The notes under the pieces were generated by a model. It saw only the letters and a list, made by a program, of their open reading frames with translations. It ran no database searches and was not told where the DNA came from. A stretch of 61,260 nt of DNA, the filler included, from Sphacelaria rigidula (taxonomy: Eukaryota), in assembly GCA_964200075.2 (NCBI GenBank). It is 7 parts of 7 records of this genome, joined end to end, with 100 filler letters (N's around TTAATTAATTAA, not from the genome) between each part and the next. Parts side by side here need not be neighbours in the genome. Positions count along the whole stretch, not along the records: positions 1 to 8,666 come from CAXNAA020010448.1; positions 8,767 to 17,432 come from CAXNAA020010449.1; 5 more parts are not named here. One strand, written 5' to 3'. Below, one piece after another: positions 1 through 11,482 of this stretch. A program made the position numbers and the translations under genes. Position 1 is the stretch's first letter. Each line of letters begins with the position of its first letter.

Positions 1-1605
1 GTCACGAGTCGACTCATGCTACTAAAACCAAGTAATTTTCAGACGAATCATCATTCGTCCGACCCTTGCAATATTTTGCCTTCACCTCTTCACGGTGACG
101 AACGTACCTGGTAAAAATACACAAACATTCAAATTGTTTGTCATGAATATGCCGCAAATGCCCGGTTCACGTCCGGAGTGGGGTGTCGTTGGCCAAGCGT
201 AAGGTCACTATTTTCATTCAATAGAACGCTCCGGCAGCATGTCGTTGAGTCTGTCGATCCTCTTCTCCGTTTCCTTGTGGTCATTCACGTAATATTATAC
301 TATAGTCACTCCCTTACAGACAGTATGAGATGGACATACAAATCCAAATACTTACATACGCGACAAGTTGTAAAAAAAAATCTGCCTCGTTATCGGACGG
401 AAAGACAATACATCTCACGCTGCTGGGGTCATCGTTTCGAACCACAATTCCGGTTACATGCCAGCGTAGGCCACCCCACCTACCCCACCCCGCGCTGTAT
501 GGCATAGTGGCATAGGTGATGCTGCTGTGCCCGTTGTGGATGCGCTTTGGAACTTTCAAAGCTCCAACAAGCGCAGAACATAATCGTCAAACTTCAAACA
601 GCACGTTTTTAATCGAAAGCGATTTTTTTCAGGTGTTTCATTACAACTACTCATCATCACGGTTTCTGTTTGATTTCGAACTTTAGGAATCGAGAGACAT
701 GAGCACCCGACACAATGTTCGACTAAAATATAACCCATGCAATCGATATTGAACGAGATACACGCTCACGGGTCTTTGGTGGTCCTACGAGTGTACAGCG
801 CCCAATTCCCCCTCTCCGATATTTCGCTTGATTGAATCGATCCGGATCGTTATGATGACAACACAAAATTGGGAAATGTTGTCTGAGGACGACCTGCCTC
901 TTTTCCCCATGTATATCGACTCTTGAATTCTCGAGTGAAAGCGACTAATCGTCTGTGAGAAAAATCCGATTGAGTGAATATCATGACGTTCAACAGATTA
1001 CTGTACGCGGAAGCAGGCGTATGGCGTTTGTTCTCCCATTGAAACATTCATAGGTCATGACTCATTCTATTATAGTATACAACAGTACCCACACGGGTTT
1101 TCTTCCACATGCAAATTTTCGTTGAGGTCTAGTTTTGTGTTGCTATACTACCTGCAATATCATCGCAGGAAAAATCTCCAGTTATACAGCATAAACCACC
1201 CCACCAAACACACGCCGTGTTCCGTGACATAAGCCATGCCAAATCAAGAAATTGTTCAGGCGCGAAGTGATTACGATCATGTACAGCGCGTGACGCACTG
1301 ATGATGAGGAAAAGAAGCGGCATCTCGTTGTTTGTACGGCACATGATGAGAAATCAGTGCCCCCCAAGATAAGTCCAGAATCAGTAAAAAACTCTCCTCT
1401 AGATTTTGGCTGTTGAACTGCGTTGGTGCGGCTTTGCCCATTGTGCGGGAAGCAAGACTGTTGCTATGGTTGGCAACCTAGCGAAGCGGAACAAGTGCCT
1501 GACGCTGGAACACATACTACGCGAAGTATTCACAAGCACCGAACACCATGCCAAAGGCTATCGGTTCTTGGAAGGGTTCATGGAGCATGACAAAATAAAA
1601 CTCAC

Positions 1606-1753
1606 CAGAGATGAGGGGGTCTCCCATGGCGTCATCGACGTAGTTGTATCCGCAGAGCACCGACATGTACGACAGGCAGCTGTGTCCGCCGTTGAGCAGC
1701 CTGAGCTTCATGAACTCGTAGGGCTTTACGTCATCCACAACAAGCGCGCCCAC
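1606..1753 (-). CDS. M2DH: M2DH exon: VGALVVDDVKPYEFMKLRLLNGGHS...PLIS
   Basis: 148 bp, acceptor cgcag, donor gtgag; catalytic Lys motif KLRLLN. Confidence 0.92.
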
Positions 1754-1916
1754 CTGCGATGTTGAGTTCACCACACAGTACGGTAAGTAGTTAACCCAAG
1801 AGCGGAACGACCAAATGAAACGAGAAGGCAACAACGACGACGACTGAGGACAAGAGCGACAACCACGCTAACGACTTACGATCCACAACGAGGAAACCCA
1901 AACCAGCACACAAGTC

Positions 1917-1950
<34 letters not shown>

Positions 1951-4900
1951 ACAAAATCACAGTTACGGGGCAGTCTAATCATCATCACGGCATATCACCA
2001 CCCCCACATACACCCAGGACCATTAAAAAAATATATACCGAAGTAACCAAAAACAAAATAATCGTCCCCGCAGTACTTCACCAATCGCAGCCTCCACCAC
2101 ACACAGCAACCACCATAATGCCCAACCACGTCCACAGTAACACCACGAGTTAGGGCACCCCGAAACGGCAAATTCTCGCATGGTGCATCACCCAAACATA
2201 TAAACCTAGTACGGCACCTTACCTTATCCCATGCTGGCATCCCGTCGGCGAAGTGGTCCTCAATTACCCACTGCTTGTAGTCCTCGGCGATTACCGGCCA
2301 GCCGTCCTTGACCATGTAATCCCTGAACGCAAGCAAAAGCAGAGGGAGGACAGGATAAAACAAGAAGGAAAAAACAGACACGAAGTCAAAAGGTAACAAA
2401 GCGACTACAACATAATAGCAAACACATCAAACACGTGCTTTGCCGCCGAAAACTCATCGTCAAATCTTCCTAGACTGCTCACCACACCCGTATCTGTGTC
2501 TCCAACGACATAACACAACACAACCACAGTACAAGTCAAGAGCCAAGAAGCTAAAAACGAAGAGGGGAGGAACCCTCACGATGCAATGTTGGTGTTGAAT
2601 GGATGAAGACCGACGACCAACACCGAAACGAACACGACGACAACAAAGTTCACGTCAACGAAAAACAAACGACAGAATCACTGACCCCCTGAAGATGCGA
2701 CTACCAGGTTTATTCAACGCTCGAGAACGGTCGGGGCGTCATGACATTACCCATGGTATCAGAGAACGATCTGAAGGGCGATCTGAAGGGCGATCTGAAG
2801 AACGATGAGGAACTGACTGACCTTGCAACGAGCTCGATGTGTTCGACTTCTGTCATGGGCGTGATGCGGTCAACCATGGTGTTGGGGAAGGTGGTGTTGC
2901 TCTTCACCCACGAATGCAATTCTTCGCTGACGAGCGCGGCCATCTGCAAAACCACGTGCTTGATCTGCACAACAAAAACAAGAAGCAACAAGAGCGACCA
3001 CAAAAAATATCACGGATCGGACGAGTAATGATTTGCCTGAAAATCACATACTTGAAGTGTAATCGATTCGTACCGCACGAGTCGACTCTTGGGATTTTCC
3101 TTCAGTGATGTACCCCAGTTATGCGCACCTCAGGCACATGCAATAATGAAAAAATACTGAGGCTCCTCTGACCCGCACACATTTTTTGTTCTCCCTCTTG
3201 AGCAACCAGGCCTCAGACATGTGGATTCGGTGATTAAAACCAGCCATGTATCGTTCGATCCTTTGAAAATGTGCAACGTTTCCTTATTGAAAATCGCATT
3301 CAGCTTAAACGGTTGTACATGAGAGTACGCCAATAAAGGCGGCATCAAGCAATACTCAATACTGGTGCATAACACTCTTTTGATGTCTTCCCTTTACAAA
3401 ATACACCGCTTAGTCCCCACAGACAAGTCCGAGTTAGTTCTCACAATCCATAGAGAGCTACATCTGCAGTTTGCTGCAGCGGAACGAATCACCTAGTCAA
3501 ACCGGAGTGCTTCTCAAGTCTCTCCTTGAAACACTCTCAAACGCTGGCGATGCATGATGATGACAACACAACAATCGAAACACGTGACGCCACACAGCAT
3601 CCAAAAGTTGTTGTGAAAAATGTGTTGCTTTTCGATGATATTTTTGTTCTGAAATGCATGTTTTTTAATGGTGTTCTGAATACCCTGACAGCATAACTAC
3701 AGCGGTCGCGACATGAAAACTCAGCTGTGTGGAAAGAAAAGTGTATTCCAAGTACCCCTCACCTTATCACCGTTCTCCGGTAAGTTGTCGCACGAAAGCA
3801 CAGTGAACGACTTCACGCCGTTAGCCTTACGCTGCTTCAACGCCGCCACGATCATACCAATGGCCGACTTGGGCTTAGCCAGCCCTCCTTCCAAGTCGCT
3901 CTTTATAAAAGCATTCTCCTACCCAGGGGCCATGAAACGGGTACAATCGTCACAATAAAAGAGGTACGTGTTGACCCTTCAGAAAACGGAACCCAGAACG
4001 CTTGGAGGCCATCTGGTCATGCGGTCATTATTTCAAGTGAAATTGATGCTTTTTCAGCAGACGACCTCTGCTCGCGGCCAAAGAGGTAACCCCCACAGTA
4101 GGGCGCGAAAAGCTGCCAAATGGACCTTGAAAGGATCACCAATCCAAAAAGATGCACGCATGCCTAGATCAAATTTACGCCAAAACGCATGTTATCATGT
4201 GCCGGGAGGAAACCGGTCGATGTGGAACAGAGTATGTAATATCCCCACGTTTTCAAATATGACCACTACGATACTCTGTCCTTCTTGTGCATGACCCAAG
4301 TGGTGGAAACACGGCACGCCGTGTGCATATACGTGTGGGTACCGACAAAGCCGCCTTGTAAAAAGCATAACGGCTGAGGCTATCTATGTGGTGCCGCAAA
4401 TCGTTCGGTGGGACTCTGTGGTGGCCTTTTTGGGTGTGTCGGGCGTTGGTTTTGAAAATGCAGCGTTGTCTTTCACAAGTCAAACCGTATACAGCATGCC
4501 CCGAGCAGACCTCCAGTACAGACAACAGCCGCACGGGGTCATGCACTAGCCAGCAGCTCATCCCCCAGTACTACAGTCTGATCCGGCGAAAACCCGGCGT
4601 GCTCAGTCACGGCTTTGTAGGGATGCGAGGTCAATGGTCACATAGCTATGGCATGCAAGATCATGATTACACTGCCCCCAGTGCTACAGTGTAGTCACAA
4701 GCCCGCACCATAGCACCCTGAACTGTACGTACGATCGTACCATCTCTGCTCTTGGTTGATATCTAATTGGATCATACCCGTACGCACACGCCGGCGGCTG
4801 AACCGAAACACCGGCCTAGGGTGGCGAGGGGCAACTGTGGAGTCGACGTACGTTAATTTTTTTTTGTCGACTGCGATCGGCGCAACGGGTTTACCTGTCC

Positions 4901-7900
4901 ATCCTAGTGACCATATAGAATACAGCGTTTTTCCGTATCACCTCAACAGCCCCAGAAACACCCTCCCCCGCGCCCCCCGCAAAATCGTTCCGCGAAACTG
5001 CCAGGCGATGGTATTGTTCCGAAATTGGGCGTCGCGCCGGAGGGGTTGATGATAGTATATTAACTTGCCGCTCCAATTCCGTGCACTCAACAGAAGGTGA
5101 AGAACACACTTTGCATGTTATTTTCTTTCTTTTCTCAATTGACTCAGTTTGTGTCTTGTACATCTTCTGTTTTTTTCGTTTCTTCTTCACCGAATGTTCC
5201 AGTTTTGTTTAAATCTCGGGTATGCCCATAATGTGGATAATGAGCACGGCTGGAACATGACTCCTGGGGGGTCGGTAAAAGTTTGATAATCAATCAATCA
5301 AATCAATGAAATGTTGAAATATCAACGTTCCCCGGTTGACAATATTGACCTGTTTCCATCACAAAGGTTGGGCAGATCAATCTTGCCTACTGTCTACACA
5401 ACAACGCACCAATTTGGAGCCCATGTTTGCGGTGCATGGCAAGTGATCACGAAACACGGAACCGGAATGGAGGGGGGGAGGCAGATTCAGACATGGGCCA
5501 CCCACCCCCCCCCCCTCCCCTTCACTGTGAAAATAATCCTCGCTGGAAAATTGTCTCACATTCATTGATAAAGTACGGGAATACGAATCCAGTCATGGGT
5601 CACAAAAATATATATGTACGTACAAGATGAAAAAAAATCACAGGCGGAGGTACCTTGTCGAGGTCACCGTTGACGTCCTGGCAGTACCCCTTCTCCGTAA
5701 CGGTCAAGCTAACGATACGCGTGTCTTCGTGCGAAAGCTTCACGGAACATTGCCCAACAAACGTGCACGCACAGACAACGCGATAGACATCATACAACAC
5801 AACGAGATGGGGGGAGAGCAAGGAACAGGCAGTGCAGCGAAAGAGAACACACACATCAGACGAAGCAAAAGCACCGCGTGTGGGGCAGAGCGCAAAAACA
5901 TCAAAGACGTTTCGGCCAGGGGGTGGTACAAATAGCATGCACGACATCAGCAAGAAGTGCCGCAAAAATGTCGCAGAGACAGAACAGATTCTAAACAAGC
6001 GGAACCAGACTCAGAACTAGACGCAGAACCAAGGCAAACGAAAAAACGCACAGAACCAATCGCAGGACAGAACTAACCGCACCACCAAAACCGAACCAAC
6101 AATCAAAGTCCGAACCGTAACATAGAACGAACCTTATCGATTACAGCCTGGTGGTTTTCGGGTGCGAACATGAAATCCACGATGGAACCGACCACCCTAG
6201 CTTCAGAGCCCGTATGCCCCCTGGAGAGCACGGTGTACAGAGTGTCCTGGTCCTTGAGGATGTTGTACATTTTGTTGTCCCAATCCATCAATCCAATTCC
6301 CACGATACCCCACTTCTTCACGTCTGCGATCAAACGATGTGAAACACACACAGCACACGGTGATAAAGCGATAAGGTGCGCAGAACTCTTTCTAGGCATG
6401 GGGTGGATAATCCTTCTCGACCTTCCCAGAGTTTTTCTTTGTTTTTCTTCAACTCGCTTACGTCCATTCTACAAGGCTGGAGTATGATGCCACAAGGCTG
6501 GACTATGATTCCTCGGGGGTCAGTTAGTGGTGTGCCGTAATCAATCACTCGAGCAATCAATTAATTAGCCAATCAACCGATCGAAGTCACTCTAGCACGC
6601 CTTGACCGTTTGCAAATCAGTGAAGAAATAAAAACAAGGCCTTGAGTGAGTCATGTTAGACATAATTCGTGCCTTGCTGTGCCTACGTAATAATAGTAGG
6701 ATCAACCGAAGCTTGCTCTCTAGTCCAGGGGTTCTCAAAAGAAACCGCACAAAAAATGCGGCCAACATCGTCGATCATCGATCATCGACAAGCGGCGAAA
6801 ACGGCAACTGGAAAACACGCACAAAACCCGTACCTTCTACGCAAGGATTGGACGAGAAACAAAAATATGCCAAACCATGGATTTTGCAGACCGGTTGGGG
6901 CACACGTACCTTCATGAAGGAACGCAAAAATACACACAAGGCAGCACACACGGTGATGCAGTGCTAAACACCACAACGTCCATCATACGGGTACCACGCG
7001 AAGATCATACAAAACAAGAAAAAGCGAAGATATGGAGACAAAATGCCAGGGATGATTACGGTCGGGTACGGTACCATACCTCGCAGTACCCCGAGTTCTC
7101 AAGGTGCTCATGGTCCCGAGTACCGTACCCCCAAGTACAGAGGCTACCGACTGCCGAGATGCGGAGTAAGTATGACAGGGTACCTGAGGAAGCGACTGAA
7201 TAACCATAGAGACAACTCTAGAACACCTCAACGTGGTAAGCGGTAACCGCACCAGTACCCTGAAAGATCTTATGCTACGGCAGCCTTGAGAAACACTCAT
7301 AAACGCGAACCATATCGCTATAGAGGAGCAAATAAACTTGGATTGCGACTAGTGCAATCAGCGCCCGGTGCGTAACGTACAGGGAACTTGACGGCTCAGA
7401 GCTACCTGCCACTGTTACGGGGCATCCGGGACATATATCCCTGTCAGGCCCGCCGCGACATCGTCATCTCGCAAGCATGTCGTGCGCACACACCCAGGCA
7501 AATCGAAAACACATACCTTGTGGAAAGGATGAAGAACGGCGGCGAAAATGTTGTCCCTTTTGCCGTTGTGCACACGCGATACAAACAAAACATTCAGTCT
7601 CCTCAAACCACAACTCACTAAACTATTTTCTTGGGGGAAACACAAAAGCAAACATTTTTGGCAAAGCAAACAGCGAACGTCGCCCGAGGGGCTCTTCGTA
7701 CCGCGAAAATAGACAGACTAGCACAAGAACCGGTTTCATCAGTCTCTCTGAAACGACATGCAGTACCACCGCCATATTTGATCGATCCGTCTTGTTTTGT
7801 TGCATGCATGTGGCTTCAAAAAACTAGCGCACGCACCTGTCGCCCCTCCGTTCTTAGCCTCCAAACTCGCGGCCAGGTTGAGCAGGTCGTCCGTGTACAC

Positions 7901-7913
7901 GGCCTGGTGCGAT
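1606..7913 (-). CDS. M2DH: Mannitol-2-dehydrogenase (long-chain mannitol dehydrogenase family), partial gene, 7 internal exons
   Basis: Exons 7913-7837, 6323-6133, 5737-5654, 3918-3763, 2964-2822, 2322-2223 and 1753-1606, all with GT-AG boundaries and matching phases. They join to (R)SHQAVYTDDLL...WGIVGIGLM...IVSLTVTEKGY...FTVLSCDNLPENG...FPNTMVDRITP...QWVIEDHF...PYEFMKLRLLNGGHS, which are diagnostic mannitol dehydrogenase motifs. 5' and 3' exons were not found in this contig. Confidence 0.93.
1918..1949 (+). repeat. (CAA)n microsatellite, intronic
   Basis: About 10 CAA units. Confidence 0.9.
2223..2322 (-). CDS. M2DH: M2DH exon: DYMVKDGWPVIAEDYKQWVIEDHFADGMPAWDK
   Basis: 100 bp, acceptor ttcag, donor gtaag; QWVIED motif. 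Confidence 0.92.
2822..2964 (-). CDS. M2DH: M2DH exon: IKHVVLQ...FPNTMVDRITPMTEVEHIELVA(R)
   Basis: 143 bp, contains the VDRITP family signature. Confidence 0.92.
3763..3918 (-). CDS. M2DH: M2DH exon: ENAFIKSDL...FTVLSCDNLPENGDK
   Basis: 156 bp, acceptor tag, donor gtgag; SCDN motif. Not present in the supplied ORF track. Confidence 0.9.
4575..4679 (+). mobile_element. SINE-like family A, 3' fragment
   Basis: ccggcgaaaacccggcgtgctc...tgtagggatgcgaggtcaatggtc matches copies at 35129, 42008 (minus), 52596, 57583 and 59340. Confidence 0.75.
5245..5306 (+). repeat. Retroposon 3' end with (AATC)n tail (family B)
   Basis: cacggctggaacatgactcctggggggtc...aatcaatcaatcaaatcaa; related copies at about 6490, 53215 (minus), 54751 and 59830. 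Confidence 0.6.
5654..5737 (-). CDS. M2DH: M2DH exon: LSHEDTRIVSLTVTEKGYCQDVNGDLDK
   Basis: 84 bp, AG/GT bounded, contains the TEKGY motif. Confidence 0.9.
6133..6323 (-). CDS. M2DH: M2DH exon: (D)VKKWGIVGIGLM...ENHQAVIDK
   Basis: Acceptor cgcag, donor gttcgt; 191 bp, phase 1 to phase 0. Confidence 0.9.
7837..7913 (-). CDS. M2DH: M2DH exon: (R)SHQAVYTDDLLNLAASLEAKNGGAT
   Basis: Acceptor ttcag, donor gtgcgt; continues the FHRSHQA motif. Confidence 0.85.
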
Positions 7914-8666
7914 CTGAAGCACGGCAACGTCGCAGACACAAAAGACAGGTGTATGATGATAACCAAGTACGCACTGATCCTACATATCTCAAGATAGCTT
8001 GAGAGCGAGAAACATTCTTCAAAGAAGAAAATGGTCGTAGTTACTGAGAAGAAAAGAAATGAGCGAGATAACCAGCTCCCGTACCAGAATAGCGGCAAAT
8101 AGGAACAATTAATAATCTTATCAGAGAGGTCTAAGACACATCCGACCAGCTCCTCTGCAGTGTTGCCGTCCCATTTATTTCTGCAGTGTGACTAAGCCAA
8201 GACATTATCGACAGTACTCCATGATGAAGACGGGACATGACCACAGCGATCACACCGAATGTGACTTAAAAAAGTACGAGAGTAGAACGCAACACTTGTT
8301 GGGCAAGCGACAATGTTACGATACTGTAAGGGTACAATCGTCGAGCACCTCGAACATATTCCATCCTGATGAAGTATCCAAAAACCAGGGTGCCATTGGC
8401 TTACATAGTACAAACGTGATCGATTTACCACCACTTGTTTTCAGGGCGTTCACTGTACCAAGTGCTACAAAGTTCATGGTGAATAAATAAATAAAAATAC
8501 TGACTTTGAGCATCCGGAGTATCGACCAAGAAGAATACACTCGGTACCTCAGCATATGCCATGTACCTAGAGTATGGATACCTCGCACCCGGACCCGTGT
8601 CTGTACTCTACTCTAAGCACCCGTTGATGACTGGAACAGCATCGGGGGAAAAATAAAGGGGGGGGG

Positions 8667-8766
8667 NNNNNNNNNNNNNNNNNNNNNNNNNNNNNNNNNN
8701 NNNNNNNNNNTTAATTAATTAANNNNNNNNNNNNNNNNNNNNNNNNNNNNNNNNNNNNNNNNNNNN
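8667..8766. other. Artificial contig linker (44N-TTAATTAATTAA-44N)
   Basis: The identical linker recurs at 17433-17532, 26199-26298, 34965-35064, 43731-43830 and 52496-52595. Confidence 0.98.
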
Positions 8767-8890
8767 GCGATGGTCCACGAGCGACGCGCACAAAATCACT
8801 CTCCTGGCATGGTAAACTTGCGAGCTGACGAGTGTACCCCCTCCCACTCCCCCCCCCCCTCCTACTCCCTCCTCCCCCCTCCGCCCCCAG

Positions 8891-9093
8891 ACGTACATTC
8901 GTTGCACGACTTCGTGATGAGTAGCTTGCCCACCGATCAACTCGCGAACCTGAGGCGGAGGGACCAAGCCGATGCGTTTTTGGCTTCGGAGTGCAAGAAA
9001 GGATCGGAGTGGGGGGTTTGCGGCGTGCTGTTTACGGACAAGTACGATACGTCGGCTGCCCTCAAGGCACTTTCGTTCCGATACCGTGGCAGG
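8891..9093 (+). CDS. Trx/ARMET_C gene exon a
   Basis: Acceptor ccccag, donor gtgagt; 203 bp. Confidence 0.8.
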
Positions 9094-11482
9094 GTGAGTT
9101 GGTCAAGTAAAGGTACTCTTGACTTTACCTTCGGTCGAGAATGCGGTGCAAGGATGGTGATTTGTCGGACAGCAAAGAGAAGTGTCTGGCCCATACCTTC
9201 TCATGGAGTTGCGATAATATTCGGCAGTAGTGTTGTGTGTGCGCCTGATGCCTCCCAATGAGCATGTTGGATGTTTTTCGAGGGGTGGATCGGTTTATAT
9301 ACTCGGCCGTCGGAGTATTCGGTTGCCGTCACATGTGTCATTATCTTGTTGTTAATAGGTTATCGTGCCAGTCTTGACGGCACATTGCGATCAGGCGTGA
9401 AAAGCGCGCATGCTAGCTCAATTCTGGTGAAGGAAGGCGTGCATGAGCGTTTGACCGCTCGTTCGCTCCTTGCTTTCTGTTGCGGTTGAATCTAACTCGT
9501 GCAGGTGGCATTCGGCGAGGTGCGAGGGAGGAACGACGCGCTGGCCACAAGCTTCCAGGTCGCTTCGTACCCCAAACTCGTGTTCTTCTGCAACGGCGAC
9601 CCCAATGTTTCGTTCACCTACGAGGTGGGTGACCGATGCTGTACGCTTTCTTGTGTGTGTGTGTGTGTGTATGTGTGTGTGTATGTTTCTTCCTTGTCTT
9701 GTTTCACGGTTTGTTGAATCTCAAATCCACGCAAAGGGGATGATCGTACTATGTAAGGTGTGAAATGGTGGAACGCCTATGAGGCAGCGTGGAACCTGTG
9801 GCTGTCTCTGGAAGTGGCGATACCGGAGAAAGGAGCAACTCATTGATGCTGTCATCCAAATGCAAGCAAGTGATCAATCAGTACGCCTCGGGTCGAACAA
9901 TCTTGGCAGGATGCAGCTCGTCCTTTCATGCGAAATATCATGAGTACACCTCCATCCTTTTGCACAGATTCATCTCACACGTGGTCTTGATGAGTTTTGT
10001 GATGCCTTGAAGTGAGTTGAGCTAGATTGAGCTGAGATTATCTGCTCTGCTCTGCTCTGCTTGCTTGCTCGCTTGCTTTGAGGTTATTTTTTCCAGGCTC
10101 CGTCCGTGGACAGTTTTTTCATCATGGCTCTCTAGACCTGGACTCTGAAGAGATTGTCCGGTGTTTTTTTTACGTGTGTATGTGTGTTTGTGTTGGTAAC
10201 CCTTTGAACATGATAGTATAGATAGTTTTTTTGTTGTGTGTGAAGAAATATGATGTGTTGTGCTGACCAAGTGTGCGTTTCGTGTGTCCCCCCTACCTCC
10301 GCCTGGTTTTGTTCCTCAAGGGCGAGTTGAAAGCGGATCCTCTGGACACGTTTGTGAAGGGATTGAGGGATGGAGAACAGTGCAAAGAGGCGGTGAAGAG
10401 CAAGGCTCGAGCGCGCGAAAAAGGTAAAGCAACCCAAAATATCTTGTATAACCGGATTTGCCACGTGCCTTTCACCGTATTTTCCCCACGTGTATGTATG
10501 TAGCCGCGGTGAGGAGTGCAAGTATGACCAACAGGAAGTGGCAAATTATGCCTCTTGAATTGTAGCGTTGAACGCGCTTGGCGAAGAGTGGATGTCAGCG
10601 CGATGTGAGGTAGTAATTCTCGTCGTAAGTCGTCCTATGTTGAGGGTTTGTTGGTACATGGCGGCAAGCATCACTTGTCCTGTGGCAAATATGATACTGC
10701 GTGTGCGTGTATAGTCGACCTGAGTGTTCTTCCTTGTTTCTTTCTAGTGGGAGGAATACTCGTGCTGCAGTGCAAGACTGACCGCCGCGGGAGTCGTGAG
10801 CCCTGACATGTGACGTGTTATACTCCGTTGTAGAAGACAGCCCTCCTCGTGTTGGGCGCGTCTGTCGTGTAGATCATGACTCACGGCCCGATCGCTGGGG
10901 AATGACTGGAAGGGCGACAATCAATCGATCAATCGATGCTGTGGTGGTGACACACTTACAGCCCGTCCTGTCGGTGTCGCCGCTTGTGGCGACTCTGTCC
11001 ATGCTCTCGTTTGGGGATCAATACGTCGTGGCGCTTTCATGGGGGGAGAGAGATGGAGATTTCGATCGCGTAGATGGTTTTATTGTCCGGTTTGTGTCCA
11101 TTTGATGGAAACAGCAGCGCATTCCCCATCTTGCGCCTTGCCGTTCTCGCGATGCGGCACATGACTCACTTTTTTTTTTGTGTGCAACGTGTCGGTCAAT
11201 TGGTTCGAGTGCGTGTGCCTGCCTCCTCCCTTGACACTGTACCTGTCTAAGCATATACCTTGTTTTTGGCGTTTTCCGTATTTCACTCATTTATTCTTTT
11301 CCCACGGGTATTTTCCTACAGCGGCAAAATTGCGACCGACGGACGACTTTTCGAAGCTGCGCGTACGAGAGTTGCGAGAACTCCTCCTGGCGCACGGGGA
11401 TCACTGCGACGGCTGCGTGGAGAAAGCCGATTTCGAACGGAAACTTCGAGAAGCCGTCTTGGCTGCCTCCGCCAAGAAATAG
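8891..11482 (+). CDS. 3' part of a thioredoxin-fold (PDI b-like / ERdj-like) protein with C-terminal ARMET_C (MANF/CDNF SAP-like) CxxC domain
   Basis: Exons 8891-9093, 9505-9624, 10321-10423 and 11322-11482(TAG), GT-AG with consistent phases. The peptide VLFTDKYDTSAALKALSFRYRGRVAFGEVR...FQVASYPKLVFF resembles a redox-inactive Trx domain. The last exon, LRVRELRELLLAHGDHCDGCVEKADF, matches the ARMET_C pattern LRVKELK..L...G..C.GC.EK.D. Confidence 0.8.
9505..9624 (+). CDS. Trx/ARMET_C gene exon b
   Basis: Acceptor tgcag, donor gtggg; 120 bp, VAFGEVRG...SFTYE. Confidence 0.82.
9722..9933 (+). mobile_element. SINE-like family A, 5'/middle fragment (intronic)
   Basis: Aligns by eye with 57333-57530 and with the reverse complement of 42145-42350. 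Confidence 0.7.
10321..10423 (+). CDS. Trx/ARMET_C gene exon c
   Basis: Acceptor tcaag, donor gtaaag; GELKADPLDTFVKGLRDGEQC... Confidence 0.75.
11322..11482 (+). CDS. Trx/ARMET_C gene terminal exon
   Basis: Acceptor ctacag; CDGC motif; stop TAG. Confidence 0.85.

Noticed and set aside
60..110. Next M2DH exon after a ttttaccag acceptor
   Set aside because: The required phase hits a stop within 8 codons and shows no M2DH similarity.
8711..8722. TTAATTAATTAA recurring at ~8766-bp intervals as a biological periodic motif
   Set aside because: It is always centred in 88 Ns and is a synthetic scaffolding linker.
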